Shown: positions 9,980-20,551 of the stretch, one piece after another
Numbering within the stretch: position 1 is the stretch's first letter
How the letters are laid out: the number at the start of each line of letters is the position of its first letter
NCBI GenBank assembly: GCA_021827405.1
Contig: JAKAVY010000001.1
Span: forward strand, 16,861 to 80,860
Origin: Thermoplasmata archaeon
GTDB taxonomy: Archaea > Thermoplasmatota > Thermoplasmata > Lutacidiplasmatales > UBA184
Length of the DNA stretch: 64,000 nt
Direction of reading: 5' to 3'
Made by a program: the position numbers and the translations under genes
The notes under the pieces: model-generated
The model's database searches: none
What the model saw: the letters and a program-made list of their open reading frames with translations, nothing else
What the model was told of the DNA's origin: nothing

Positions 9980-10201
9980 CGCCGGGTCGGAAATCCCGGG
10001 ACCCGATCGCCCTGGCTCAGGGCTTAAGCCATGTCCCCCGGACCTTCCCGGTGCCCTCGTTCCAGGGCCCCTAAGTAGGAACCCCCACTCCCCTTCGGAG
10101 ATCCGCCCAGAGGCTCCCGGGGGTTTTCGGGCGCGAGGAGGACGGACGGACCCCGGCGCCATGGGTTCTTAGACCCGCTCGCGTATCGATCCTGAAAACC
10201 C

Positions 10202-12271
10202 TTGACCCTGCTCCTCCTCCTGCCTCAGTTGCTGCTCTTCCTGGTCTTGCTGCTGCCCCTGGGCCTCACCCTCCTCGAGGTCGGTCAGCGTCTCCTCGGT
10301 CTGCGCGTGACCTTTCTCCCTGCCGAGCAGCTCTTGCTGGGCTTCTACCTGGCGGGAGGCTTCCTGTACGGCATCGCCTCGCTGCCGGTGGGCCTTTTCA
10401 CCTTCCCCATCCTCCTCGTGGCCCTCCTGGCCGGGTTCCTGGGCCTGTTCTGGCTTCCTCAGACCCGTTCCTGGGTCCGCCCGCGGAGGCCGGGGGACGC
10501 AAAGGGGTCTCCTTCCCTCTGGGGGACGGTCCTCCTGTTGACCGGCGCCTTCCTCTTCCTCCTGGTGTTCGAAGGGCTGGTCGTCGGGAGCGCGCCCCTC
10601 CCCAACACCTTTGACGGAAGTGTGCAGGCCACCTTCGTCACGCTCCTGCTGGCGCATGGACATACGCCCTTCACGCTCCAGCCCTTCGCCAACTTCGGGG
10701 TCGTCTACCCCCAAGGGACGAGCACCTGGTTCGCGACCGGCTCCCTCCTCTGGGGCTGGTCACCCGCGTTGGACCCGGTGAACCTCCCCCCGCTGTTCCT
10801 GGCCTTGTCCGTCCCGGCCGCCTACGCGTGGGGCCGCCGGCTCCAAGGCGTGGGGGACGCCCGGGGACGACGTGCGGGGCTCATGTTCGCGATGGCCTTT
10901 GCCCTGCTCGGCACCTGGCCGCGATTCCTGGTGGCCGGGTCGTACGACTTCGTGGCCGCGGTCCCGCTCTTCCTGGTCCTCTTAGGACTGTTGGAACCGC
11001 TCTTGTCCGAAGCGACGCCCCGCTGGAGGGGGGTCGTAGCCTACGGCGGAATGCTTGCCATCCTCGCCAGCCTGAGCGTGGTGGCCGCGGAGCTCCTTGT
11101 CCCCATGATCCTCGTCCTGGCCCTTTTGAAGAACGCCTCGACCCGGGTCCACTGGCCCTCCTGGACCCTGGCGTCGCTGGTGGCGGGGGCCATCGCCCTC
11201 TGCGGGGTGATCCCGTCCCTGGTGGGGCTCACGGTCTGGCGGGCCTACCCAAACCACGTCCTTACGGCCACGGGCGGCATGTTTGTCCCCCCTTCGCCCG
11301 TGCCGGCCGACCCGCTCGGTGTCTTCACCGGGCTGGCCGACCCGTTCCTCTTCCGTCCACAGGATGTCTGGCTTTCCCCCTTTCCTTTGCTGAAGGGGGA
11401 ACTGGCCCTCCTTCTCGCCGGGGGGCTTGTCCTGGTCGGGCTCCGCCTCCTGAGATATCCGCCCTCCTGGGTAGACTTCCTGCGCCGGAGGACCGCCCGC
11501 CACCTGGCCGGGGCCCTGGGGGTGTCGCTAGGCGCGTTAGGCCTCCTGACCCTCTCCGGGCCCCCCTCCTCTCCGCTCTCCCTGCTCGCCGGGCTCTCCA
11601 GCGGGGCGGAGGTCTCCATCCTGCTCTTCCTCGTCTACACCGCGATCGCGACGCTTCCGCTCGTGGGGGTGATGGAGCAGTGGGCCCGTCCTCCCCCTAC
11701 CCTCCCCGAGCGGTCCCTCCGGGTTCCCCTCCGGAGGGTCCCTTTCCACGGCGCGCCCCGGACGACCACGCTCATCCTCGGCGCTGCCCTCGTGGCCGGG
11801 AGCCTTGGCTCCGGGTTGGTGGTGACGGCCACCAGTGCCCCCCCTTACCTGGGGGCCATAACCCACGACCTCGCGAACGTGACGCAGGGGGACCTGGCCG
11901 CCCTCCAGTGGTCCGCCGGCCTGCCATCCTGCTCCCGGGTGTTCGTGGCCCCGGGGTCCGCGGGCGAGTTCCTGCCGGCCTATGCCACGGTCCAACTCGT
12001 CTACCCGATGAACCCCGCTCCCTTAAACGGGTCCTATCAACGGGCGGATTCTAACCTGACCGAAGGGGTCGTCACTCCGCCGGTCCTGGTGGACCTAGGA
12101 GACCTAGGGATCACGGAGATATTCGTGACCGGACAGAGCAACGTCCTCTATCCGTCCATCCCTCCCGGTCCGTTGGAGGCCTCTCCCGCCTTCCAGCTAC
12201 TCTACCACTCCGAAGACGCCTACGTCTTCGAGTTCCTTGCGGGGGCGGAGGGGAGCGGATGCCTTCCTTGA
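10202..12271 (+). CDS. Large polytopic membrane protein, probable GT-C fold glycosyltransferase
   Basis: About 14 TM segments, FD...Q loop and YPQG motif, C-terminal extracellular domain (DLAALQW...AGEFLPAY). Confidence 0.65.
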   Translation: MTLLLLLPQLLLFLVLLLPLGLTLLEVGQRLLGLRVTFLPAEQLLLGFYLAGGFLYGIASLPVGLFTFPILLVALLAGFLGLFWLPQTRSWVRPRRPGDAKGSPSLWGTVLLLTGAFLFLLVFEGLVVGSAPLPNTFDGSVQATFVTLLLAHGHTPFTLQPFANFGVVYPQGTSTWFATGSLLWGWSPALDPVNLPPLFLALSVPAAYAWGRRLQGVGDARGRRAGLMFAMAFALLGTWPRFLVAGSYDFVAAVPLFLVLLGLLEPLLSEATPRWRGVVAYGGMLAILASLSVVAAELLVPMILVLALLKNASTRVHWPSWTLASLVAGAIALCGVIPSLVGLTVWRAYPNHVLTATGGMFVPPSPVPADPLGVFTGLADPFLFRPQDVWLSPFPLLKGELALLLAGGLVLVGLRLLRYPPSWVDFLRRRTARHLAGALGVSLGALGLLTLSGPPSSPLSLLAGLSSGAEVSILLFLVYTAIATLPLVGVMEQWARPPPTLPERSLRVPLRRVPFHGAPRTTTLILGAALVAGSLGSGLVVTATSAPPYLGAITHDLANVTQGDLAALQWSAGLPSCSRVFVAPGSAGEFLPAYATVQLVYPMNPAPLNGSYQRADSNLTEGVVTPPVLVDLGDLGITEIFVTGQSNVLYPSIPPGPLEASPAFQLLYHSEDAYVFEFLAGAEGSGCLP

Positions 12272-12454
12272 TCCTGAGGACCCGGGCTCACCGCCCCGGG
12301 ACCCTCTCGGGTCCCGGGCCCCCCGCCCGTCAGGGGCGGTTCCCATGAGGGGGTTACGAAGGCCTCTGGCTGGGGTTCCGCCGACGCAGCCACGGACCCG
12401 GCGTAGACGCCGGGACCCCCGGCCTCCCTCCGGTGTACCCTACCCGGGGGGCCC

Positions 12455-13477
12455 TTGAGCCCCGGTACCCGGCTCGGGCTCCTGCTCGCCGGGGTCCTGG
12501 TCGTCACCTGGTCCCTCGGCCTGTACGCCATCGCCACTTTCACCTTCATCCTGGGGATACCCCCGGGCCCCCTCCTCCTCGGAATCTCCGGCTTCCTCTT
12601 CGTGATCTTCTATCATCGCTCGGGGGGTTCCCAGGACCCGGCGCATCTCCAGGTCATCGTCGGGCTCGGGTTCGTCCTCGCCATCGCATCGGTGCTGCTC
12701 GGCAACGGGATGACCGACGAGTGGGCCACGACCCCCCGGTACGCCTACACCCTCCTGGCCGGTAGGGACTTCTACTCCACCCCGACCACGTTCACCTACG
12801 TCCAGGTGCTCCCCTTCCTGCAGTACTCCTCGCGCACCTCCATCACCTATGACAACTATCTCCCCCTTCTGACCTTCCTGCAGGTCCCCGGATTGGACTA
12901 TCGCTACTTCAGCATCGGGTGCTGGCTGGGGATGGTCTACCTCGTCCGGAAGCGGTTCTACGCTGCGCTCACGCTCGGCCAGCCCCTCTTCGCGCTCTAC
13001 GCCGCGAACGGCTTCAACGACCTGGTCGTCCTCCTGTTGCTGACGCTAGCCTTCGTAGGGTACGAAGGCCGAAGGAGCCGGATCGCCCAGGTCTTGTCCC
13101 TGGGGGCCAAGCAATTCGCCAACGCTTTCGTCTTCGTGTACTACCTGCTCAAGCGGGATGTCCGGGGAATGGTGCTCACCGTGCTGGTGACGCTGGCCTT
13201 CCTCCTTCCCTTCCTCGTTTGGGACGGGTCGGCCACGATCTGCAATGCCGGCTTGGCCGCCGGGGACCCCTCCTGCCTGGTCCGGGGGGGGTACTTCGGC
13301 ATCGGAGAATTCCTCGACCACGCCAACTACTGGCTCTGGCCCCTGTGGATGGCCGCGATCTACCACCGCTCGGTCCTTTCGTTCCTCCGGTCCCACCCCC
13401 GTTGGCCCGGGGCGAGCTGGCTCTATCGCTGGGTGACGGCCACCTCAGGAGGGGGCCCGGTAGACAAGGGCCGCTGA
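12455..13477 (+). CDS. Polytopic membrane protein, GT87/GT-C-like
   Basis: MTDE loop, LLAGRDFY, YLPL, GFNDLVVL, KQF, LPFLVWD pattern typical of GT-C mannosyltransferase-like proteins. Confidence 0.65.
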   Translation: MSPGTRLGLLLAGVLVVTWSLGLYAIATFTFILGIPPGPLLLGISGFLFVIFYHRSGGSQDPAHLQVIVGLGFVLAIASVLLGNGMTDEWATTPRYAYTLLAGRDFYSTPTTFTYVQVLPFLQYSSRTSITYDNYLPLLTFLQVPGLDYRYFSIGCWLGMVYLVRKRFYAALTLGQPLFALYAANGFNDLVVLLLLTLAFVGYEGRRSRIAQVLSLGAKQFANAFVFVYYLLKRDVRGMVLTVLVTLAFLLPFLVWDGSATICNAGLAAGDPSCLVRGGYFGIGEFLDHANYWLWPLWMAAIYHRSVLSFLRSHPRWPGASWLYRWVTATSGGGPVDKGR

Positions 13478-14802
13478 GGCCGCGGCGGGGTGCCGGGTGC
13501 CCGCCGTCTCGTCGCCCCCCTTCGGGAGGCGTAGAGGTAAGCGACCGTGGCGCCCACCAGGCTGACCGCGATGGGCCAGCCCACGAATGGGATGAGGACT
13601 AAGGAGAAGGCGAGAGAGAACCCCGCCAAGAGCCAGGGGAGTCGTCCCCCCCCGGCGGTCGGGGGGAGGAGGCGTAGCCCGGCCGCGGAGCCGAGCGCGT
13701 AGGTGATCAGGGCCGCTCCCCCGGCGGTTAGGAGCGCCGTGGAAAGGTCGGTCCCGGCGAAGTAATAGACCACAAGCACCAGGGACATCCCCGCCAGGAG
13801 GAAGCCCATCGCCCGGGTGGGGACCCGGCGGTCGGGGTCAAGCCAACCTAGACCGCCGGGCAACGCTCCGTCGAGGGCGGCCGCGTACACGACCCGGGAC
13901 ATTCCGGCCGTGTAGGCGTTGACCACCGCGAAGACGATGAAGAGCGCGAAGAGCGCGGTACCCTCGCTCGCATAGGGTCCGAAGACCCCCCCCAATATGG
14001 CGGCGAACGGCGCGACGCTCCCCCCGGTGCGGTACGCCCCCGTGCCCACGGTCACGAAGGCCACCGAGAGGTAAAGCACGGCCACCAGGGCCACGCTCCA
14101 CAGGACGCTCCGCCGGAAGTCCCGGGCCGGATCGACGAACTCGGCGGCCACGCTGGAAACGTTCTCGTACCCGAGGAAGGACCAGAAGATGAATGCGGCA
14201 GCCGTTCCCACGGGGAGAAGGCCTTCGGGCGCGAAGGGGGTGAAGTTCCCGAGACGGACCTCCCTCCCCGCCACCAGGACGACCAAGGCCAGGAGCGCCA
14301 CGATGGCCCCCACCACGCCCAACTGGACCCGGCTCGAAAGGGTGATCCCTCGATAATTGACCGAGAAGGCTGCCCCGATGACGGCAAACGCTAGGAGGAA
14401 CGTCTCGGGGCGGGACAGCGGGAAGGCGTAGCCGAGGTAAGAGGCCGCGATCAGGGTCACGGCGGGCCCCCCCGTGAAGCTCCAGAGGACGATGAGCCAG
14501 CCGGTCACGGCCGCCGCCCGAACCCCAAAGGCCTCGCGGACGAAGCCGTAGATGCCGCCGGCCTCCGGCCGCCGTGCCGAGAGCCCCGAGAAGGTCAAGG
14601 CCAGGGGCACGCTGGCCCCAGCGAGCAGCGCCCACGCGAGGAGGGAGGCCGGACCGGCCAGCCGCGCGGTAAGGCCCGGAAGGACGAGGATCCCGGAGCC
14701 CAGCACCGAGCTCACGTAGAGGGCCACGGCGTGCGAAGGGCGGATGGACCGGCGGAACGAGACGCCCGAGGATGGCCTCGCCCGGGAGGCGGCCCCCGTC
14801 AC
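13423..14802 (-). CDS. APC-family amino acid permease (YjeH-like)
   Basis: SVLGSGILVLPG, AGPASLLAW, PEAGGIY, FWSFLGYE; 12 TM. Confidence 0.92.
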   Translation of the reverse strand: MTGAASRARPSSGVSFRRSIRPSHAVALYVSSVLGSGILVLPGLTARLAGPASLLAWALLAGASVPLALTFSGLSARRPEAGGIYGFVREAFGVRAAAVTGWLIVLWSFTGGPAVTLIAASYLGYAFPLSRPETFLLAFAVIGAAFSVNYRGITLSSRVQLGVVGAIVALLALVVLVAGREVRLGNFTPFAPEGLLPVGTAAAFIFWSFLGYENVSSVAAEFVDPARDFRRSVLWSVALVAVLYLSVAFVTVGTGAYRTGGSVAPFAAILGGVFGPYASEGTALFALFIVFAVVNAYTAGMSRVVYAAALDGALPGGLGWLDPDRRVPTRAMGFLLAGMSLVLVVYYFAGTDLSTALLTAGGAALITYALGSAAGLRLLPPTAGGGRLPWLLAGFSLAFSLVLIPFVGWPIAVSLVGATVAYLYASRRGATRRRAPGTPPRPQRPLSTGPPPEVAVTQR

Positions 14803-15137
14803 GTCCCTCCCTCCGTGTGCCAGTATAAGAGTACGAGGCTCTTCTGCCTCCCCCAGAGGAGCGAGAGGGTCCCCAAGGGGCGGGAACTACCCTCGCCATC
14901 TCTCCGACCGTCTGGAGGGGGACCCCCGACGCTCGCGCCCGGGGCCCGTTCCAGCCGCCCGGCTGCTGTCGCCGTGACGTTGGAGGGTCGTCCTCCCGGC
15001 GACCTGGCGGAGAGCGGGGGGGAGGCGGCCAGCCGAGAGGGCATTTTTCCCCGGCGGACGCGGCCCGGGCCGGGTTGGCGGCGGGCTCCTGGGAGGACCG
15101 GGAATCATGAAATACGCCGGTCCGCTCGTGCACGGGG

Positions 15138-16034
15138 ATGGTGACTGTTCCCCCCTTCCCTACCGGCACGGACCGCCTCAAACGGGGGTTCGCCCGCATG
15201 CAGCAAGGGGGGGTCATCATGGATGTGACCACCCCGGAGCAGGCCGCGGTCGCCGAGGAGGCTGGCGCGGTGGCGGTCATGGCCTTGGAGAGGATACCGG
15301 CCGACATCCGGGCCGCGGGCGGGGTCGCGAGGATGGCCGACCCCAATCGGGTGCGCTCGATCATGGCCGCCGTGACGGTCCCGGTGATGGCCAAATGTCG
15401 GATTGGCCACACCGCGGAGGCCCGGATCCTGGAGAGCCTGGGGGTGGACATGGTCGACGAGTCGGAAGTCCTCACCCCGGCAGACCCCTTCTTCCACGTG
15501 GCCAAGAAGGAGTTCACCGTCCCTTTCGTCTGCGGAGCGCGGAACCTGGGAGAAGCCCTCCGGCGGATGGACGAGGGGGCCGCGATGATCCGGACCAAGG
15601 GCGAACCCGGCACGGGCAATGTGGTCGAGGCGGTCCGTCACCTCCGGCAGATGAACCAGGAGATCGCGGCCTTGGAGGCCATGACCCTGGAGGAGCTCGG
15701 GGTCTATGCGGAGAAGGAGAAGGTCCCTCTGGAACGGGTGCGGGAGGTCCAGGCGCTCAAGCGGCTCCCGGTCATCAACTTCGCCGCGGGGGGGATCGCC
15801 ACCCCGGCCGATGCGGCGCTCTGCCGGCTTCTGGGCGCGGACGGGATCTTCGTGGGCAGCGGCATCTTCAAGTCCGCCAATCCCCGGGAGACGGCTCGGG
15901 CCATCGTGGAGGCGAGCATGCACCACACGGACTGGGCCCGTCTGGCGCGCGTCAGTTCGGGGCTCGGGGAGGCCATGAAGGGGATCGAGATCTCCACCTT
16001 GACCGCCGACCAGCTCCTCCAGGTGCGGGAGTAG
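15138..16034 (+). CDS. pdxS: Pyridoxal 5'-phosphate synthase lyase subunit
   Basis: [62 protein letters not shown]. Confidence 0.98.
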   Translation: MVTVPPFPTGTDRLKRGFARMQQGGVIMDVTTPEQAAVAEEAGAVAVMALERIPADIRAAGGVARMADPNRVRSIMAAVTVPVMAKCRIGHTAEARILESLGVDMVDESEVLTPADPFFHVAKKEFTVPFVCGARNLGEALRRMDEGAAMIRTKGEPGTGNVVEAVRHLRQMNQEIAALEAMTLEELGVYAEKEKVPLERVREVQALKRLPVINFAAGGIATPADAALCRLLGADGIFVGSGIFKSANPRETARAIVEASMHHTDWARLARVSSGLGEAMKGIEISTLTADQLLQVRE

Positions 16035-16100
16035 GACCCCCGCCCGGTGCTCCCAGGGGTCTTGTAGGCGGGACCCTTTCGCCTGCCGAGGCTCACCTTC

Positions 16101-17249
16101 GTGCGGATTCTGCAGGTCTGCCCGTACTTCGCCCCCCACGTGGGGGGCGTGGAGACCCATGTGGAGATGATCTCCGGGGAGCTCGCCCGGCGGGGGCATG
16201 ACGTCCACATCCTCACCTCCGCCCACCGCCCCGGGCTCGCGCGCATCGAGCGGTTCCCCCAGGGCTTCACCGTCCACCGGGTGCCTTCGGTCGGCGAGGT
16301 CTTCCGTACCCCGCTCACCTGGGGGGTCGGCCAGGCGCTGGCCGGGCTCCCCGCGGACCTGGTCCACCTCCATTATCCTCCCCCCATCACTCCCTTCCAA
16401 GCGGCCCGTTCCCTCCGTCACGAGGGCCGCCCGGTCTGCCTCACCTACCACTGCGACCTCTTCTTGGAGGTTCCCGGCGGGCGACTGGTGACCGCGCTCT
16501 ATGAGCGGGTCTTCCTTCCCACCCCGCTCGACCTCGCCCGCCGGATCATCGTCCACTCCGCGAGCTATGCCCGGACCTCCCGGGCGCTGCAGGGAAGGCC
16601 CCTGGCGGTGGTCCCCTCTACCGTGGACACCGACCGGTTCCACCCCCGCTCGGACGACGCCGCGCTGCGCAGGGAGCTTAGGGCCGAGGGGGTCCCGGTG
16701 GTCCTCTTCGTCGGGCGCCTGGTCCCGCACAAGGGCGTGGAGGACCTCATCCTCGCCCTGCTCGACCTGCCTCCTCCCACGTTGCTGGTGGTGGCGGGAG
16801 ATGGGCCCAGACGGGCCGCCCTGGAGCGCCTGGCGGCCTCCCAGGGCCTCCTCTCCCGCGTCCGGTTCGTGGGGGCGGTGTCCGACGAGGACCTCCCGCG
16901 GTATCACGCGATCTCGCAGGTGGTCGTGCTACCCTCGAACAATCGGCTGGAAGGATTCGGACTGGCGATCGTGGAGGCCATGGCCTCGGGTCGGCCGGTC
17001 ATCGTGGCCGACGTCCCCGGGGTCCGGGACGTCATCGAGAACGGCCGGGACGGTCTCCTGGCCGAGCCTCTGATGTCCACGGACATCGCCCATCGCTGCC
17101 GTCAGCTCCTGAACGACCCGGCCCTAAGGGAAGCGTTGGGCCGGAGCGCCCGGGAGAGTGCCGTCCAGAAGTACGCCCTCCCCGTGGTCGTCGGTCGCCT
17201 GGAGGAGGTCTACCAGGAGGTCATCCGAGCTCCCCCAGGCGGGAACTGA
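16101..17249 (+). CDS. GT4 family glycosyltransferase
   Basis: PHVGGVE, FVGRLVPHKG, EGFGLAIVEAMASGRPV. Confidence 0.93.
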   Translation: MRILQVCPYFAPHVGGVETHVEMISGELARRGHDVHILTSAHRPGLARIERFPQGFTVHRVPSVGEVFRTPLTWGVGQALAGLPADLVHLHYPPPITPFQAARSLRHEGRPVCLTYHCDLFLEVPGGRLVTALYERVFLPTPLDLARRIIVHSASYARTSRALQGRPLAVVPSTVDTDRFHPRSDDAALRRELRAEGVPVVLFVGRLVPHKGVEDLILALLDLPPPTLLVVAGDGPRRAALERLAASQGLLSRVRFVGAVSDEDLPRYHAISQVVVLPSNNRLEGFGLAIVEAMASGRPVIVADVPGVRDVIENGRDGLLAEPLMSTDIAHRCRQLLNDPALREALGRSARESAVQKYALPVVVGRLEEVYQEVIRAPPGGN

Positions 17250-18045
17250 GCCGCTCCGCCTCCCGGCCCGCGGCCTCCGCCCAATCCTCCCCCAGGGACG
17301 CGAAGAGGATCCCCCGGGAACTGTTCACCAAGAGCGTTCCCGGGCGCCCTCCCCGCGCCTCCCGGAGCATCGCGTCCAGGTCCCCTCCCTGGGCCCCGAT
17401 CCCGGGCACCAGGATCGGGACCGTGGGCCCGAGGAGCCGGCGCGCCTCGGAAAGGGTACCGGGGCGGGTCGCGCCGACCACCGCCCCCAGGTTTCCCCGG
17501 GCCGCCCGGGACTGGAGCTCGAGGAGCGTCCAGTGCCAGAGCGGGCCCCGGGGGGTGGGAAGGTCTTGCACGTCCTTCGCCCCCGGGTTCGACCCGCGGG
17601 CGACCACGAAGACGCCGTACGCCGGGTCTTGTCCCAGCGCCTCGATGGACTCCCATCCCATGAGCGGATGGGCGGTCACCGCCGAGCACCCAAAGGCGTC
17701 GAACGCTGCGCGGGCGTACAGGCCCATAGTGTTCGGGATGTCGCTGGCCTTCAGGTCGAGGATCACCGGCACCTCCCCGCGCAGGCGCCGGGTCAACCGG
17801 GCGAGTACGGCGACCCCTTCGGGCCCGAAGGCCAGGTAGCTCGCCAGCTGGCACTTGTAGACGGAAGCGTACGGGAGGGTGTGTTCCACGATCCCGTCGA
17901 GGAACCGGGCGAGACGTTCGACGATCGGCCCGGTCCCCAGGGAGGCCGGGAACCGTCCCGGATCGGGGTCCAACCCCACGCACAAGCCGTGGCCCCGGGC
18001 ACGGACGGACCTTTCCAGCGTCTCGTAGAAGAGCGGAAGGGCCAT
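17221..18045 (-). CDS. pyrF: Orotidine-5'-phosphate decarboxylase (type 2 subfamily)
   Basis: LCVGLDPD, ILDLKASDIPNT, VVGAT, LVPGIGAQGG, NSSRGI. Confidence 0.95.
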   Translation of the reverse strand: MALPLFYETLERSVRARGHGLCVGLDPDPGRFPASLGTGPIVERLARFLDGIVEHTLPYASVYKCQLASYLAFGPEGVAVLARLTRRLRGEVPVILDLKASDIPNTMGLYARAAFDAFGCSAVTAHPLMGWESIEALGQDPAYGVFVVARGSNPGAKDVQDLPTPRGPLWHWTLLELQSRAARGNLGAVVGATRPGTLSEARRLLGPTVPILVPGIGAQGGDLDAMLREARGGRPGTLLVNSSRGILFASLGEDWAEAAGREAERLSSRLGELG

Positions 18046-18093
18046 CGGGATTCCGCAGGGAAGGACCCAGATAAGGCGACCGGTGGGCCCGGC

Positions 18094-18834
18094 TCAGGGG
18101 GCGGGGGGGAGCGCGGGAGGGGACGAAGGCCCCGCCCCGGCCGGGGTCCGGCGCCGAAGCGGCGTCCAAGGCATCGCCCCGGTCACCATGTAGACCACAC
18201 GCTCCCCGATGCTCACCGCATGGTCGGAGATCCGCTCCAGGAAGCGGTTCACGAGGATGTAGCGGGCTCCCACCGGGATGGGGAGGGTCTGGTCGCTCAT
18301 CCTTTCGATGATCTCCTGGAAGAGGTTCTCATGGAGTTGGTCCACGGCGTCGTCGAGCTCGGCCATGCGCCGTACGGACTCCACGTCGGAGTGGACGAAC
18401 GCCTGGACGGCCCGCTGTACCATCTGGGTGCTCAGCTCCGCCATCCGGGTGAGGGTGGCGAGCTGGGGAGGGACGGCGATCCGCTCCGCGGCCAGTTCCT
18501 GCGTGACCTCGGAGATGTGGCGGGCGAGCCGGGTGGAGCGGCCCAGGTCGGTGGTGATCTCCAGGGAAGTGGTGATCGTGCGGAGGTCATGGGCCACCGG
18601 CGCGTGCAGCGCGATGAGGTTCACGCAGGAGGTCTCGATCACCCGCCGGAGCGCATAGGCCTCCCGGTCCAGGGCCAGCACCTCCTGGACCGCGGCGAGG
18701 TCCCCTTGGAGCAGGCTCTCCACCGCCTTGCGGATGGAACGCTCGGTCACGTCCGCGAGGGCCTTCATCTCCTCCTGGAGCCCCTCGAGGCCCTGCTGGA
18801 GCGCTTTGCGGTGGACCTCTTCAGGGGGGCTCAT
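18094..18834 (-). CDS. phoU: Phosphate signalling protein PhoU
   Basis: PVAHDLR, DDAVDQL, RFLERISDHAVSIGERV; two PhoU repeats; ATGA overlap with pstB. Confidence 0.95.
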   Translation of the reverse strand: MSPPEEVHRKALQQGLEGLQEEMKALADVTERSIRKAVESLLQGDLAAVQEVLALDREAYALRRVIETSCVNLIALHAPVAHDLRTITTSLEITTDLGRSTRLARHISEVTQELAAERIAVPPQLATLTRMAELSTQMVQRAVQAFVHSDVESVRRMAELDDAVDQLHENLFQEIIERMSDQTLPIPVGARYILVNRFLERISDHAVSIGERVVYMVTGAMPWTPLRRRTPAGAGPSSPPALPPAP

Positions 18835-19643
18835 CCGAACCTCCCGGTGATGTAGTTCTCCGTGAGCTTCTCCTGCGGGCTCTCGAAGAGCTGTCGGGTC
18901 TCCTCGAACTCCACGAGCCGGCCCTGGTAGAGGAAAGCGGTGTAGTCCGCTACCCGGGCGGCCTGCTGCATGTTATGGGTCACGATGACCACGGTGTACT
19001 CCTTCTTCAGCTCGTAGATCATGTCCTCGACCTTCTGGGTGGCGATGGGGTCTAAGCTGCTCGTCGGTTCGTCCATGAGCAGCACCCCGGGTTCCACCGC
19101 CAGGGCCCGGGCGATGCACAGACGTTGTTGCTGCCCCCCGGAGAGGGCGAGCGCCGGCCGGTCCAGGTCCTCCCGGACCTCCTCCCAGAGCCCCGCCCGC
19201 TTCAGGGAACGCACGACGCCCCGGTCCACCTCCAATCGAGATTGCCGCTCCAGCCGGAGCCCGAAGGCGACGTTCTCGTAGATGGAGCTCGGGAAGACGG
19301 TGGGCCTCTGGAAGACCATCCCGATCCGCCGACGGACCTGCACCGGGTTCACCCCGGGGTCGTAGATGTTCCTCCCGCGGTAGTGGACCTCGCCGGTGAT
19401 GGTGAGGCCGGCGAGCTCGGCCATCCGGTTGAGGCAGCGGACGTACGTCGTCTTCCCGCAGCCGGACGGGCCGATGATGGCGGAGACCTTCTGCCGGGGG
19501 AAGGCCAGGGAGACCTCGGAAAGGATCTCCCGGGTCCCGGAGCGCACCGTGAGGCGGGAGGACGAGAGGAGGACCTCTCCCGAGGGGAACGGCAAGTCGC
19601 CAACGCCCCCCGCCGGCGGGGGGCCACCGGGTCCCCCGCTCAT
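18831..19643 (-). CDS. pstB: Phosphate ABC transporter ATPase
   Basis: GPSGCGKT, GMVFQRP, LSGGQQQRLCIARALA, DEPTSSLDP, VTHNMQQAAR, YITGRFG. Confidence 0.98.
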   Translation of the reverse strand: MSGGPGGPPPAGGVGDLPFPSGEVLLSSSRLTVRSGTREILSEVSLAFPRQKVSAIIGPSGCGKTTYVRCLNRMAELAGLTITGEVHYRGRNIYDPGVNPVQVRRRIGMVFQRPTVFPSSIYENVAFGLRLERQSRLEVDRGVVRSLKRAGLWEEVREDLDRPALALSGGQQQRLCIARALAVEPGVLLMDEPTSSLDPIATQKVEDMIYELKKEYTVVIVTHNMQQAARVADYTAFLYQGRLVEFEETRQLFESPQEKLTENYITGRFG

Positions 19644-20551
19644 ACGAAGAACCCCCTCAACCGTCGCCGGTAGCGCTCCGAGACCAGTTGCACCGCTACG
19701 TTGAGGATGAGCACCCCCACGATGAGAAGGAAGGCGGCCTGGAAGGAGAGGACCACCAGGTGCCCCAGGTTCGAGGGTTGATCGAAGTAGTTCCAGATGA
19801 ACCCGGAGAGGTAGCTCGTGGGGGAGGAGAGGCCCTGGGCCGGGGTGATGCTCCAGCCCGCGGTAAAGAGCAACGGCGCGGTCTCCCCCGCCCCAATCGC
19901 CATGGCGAGGAAGAGGCCGGAGAGGACCTGGGGAAAGGCGATGGGAAGCGCCACCCGTCTCAGGTACTGCCCGCGGGTGGAACCGGCCCCCAGGGCCGCC
20001 TCCCGCTGGGAGGGAGGGACCGACCCGAACGCCGCGTCGGTCACCCGGTAGACGTACGGGAGCATGAAGATGGACAGGGTGATCGCGCCGGCCCAGAGGG
20101 TGAAGGTGGAGTGGGTGTAGAGCACCAGGGCGAAGTACCCGAAATAGCCCACGACGATGGCGGGTGTCCCCGTGAGGAGGTTCGAGAGCAGCCTACCGAT
20201 GAGGGCGGCCCGGGGGCTGGCGAACTCCGCGGTGTACGCGCCGGCGAGGATGCCCAAGGTGCCCGCGATGGCCGTGGCGATCCCCACCAGGTAGACCGTC
20301 CCCGTGAGCGGGGCGTAGAGCCCGCCCCCGAAGCCCACCGGATCCGTGGTCAGGGTGGTCCAGGAAAGGGTGGGCAAGGCCTCAGACCCGATCCAATAGA
20401 GGAGGTCGATGATGGGGAAGAGGACCGCGACGAAGGCGAGGGGGAGCAGACGGCCCAGCCAGCGGTCGAAGGCCACCCGCCGGCGGACCCGCGCGTCCGG
20501 CTGGAGACCGAGCTCGATGTCCACGGGGAGGGGTACCGAACCTCCGCTCAA
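19640..20551 (-). CDS. pstA: Phosphate ABC transporter permease PstA
   Basis: GTPAIVVG, REAALGAG, GETAPLLFT. TTG start overlapping the pstC stop (TTGA). Confidence 0.93.
   Translation of the reverse strand: MSGGSVPLPVDIELGLQPDARVRRRVAFDRWLGRLLPLAFVAVLFPIIDLLYWIGSEALPTLSWTTLTTDPVGFGGGLYAPLTGTVYLVGIATAIAGTLGILAGAYTAEFASPRAALIGRLLSNLLTGTPAIVVGYFGYFALVLYTHSTFTLWAGAITLSIFMLPYVYRVTDAAFGSVPPSQREAALGAGSTRGQYLRRVALPIAFPQVLSGLFLAMAIGAGETAPLLFTAGWSITPAQGLSSPTSYLSGFIWNYFDQPSNLGHLVVLSFQAAFLLIVGVLILNVAVQLVSERYRRRLRGFFV

Noticed and set aside
14803..15137. Possible riboswitch/ncRNA between the permease and pdxS (also 27680-28060)
   Set aside because: GC-rich hairpins are possible, but no recognisable conserved RNA motif.
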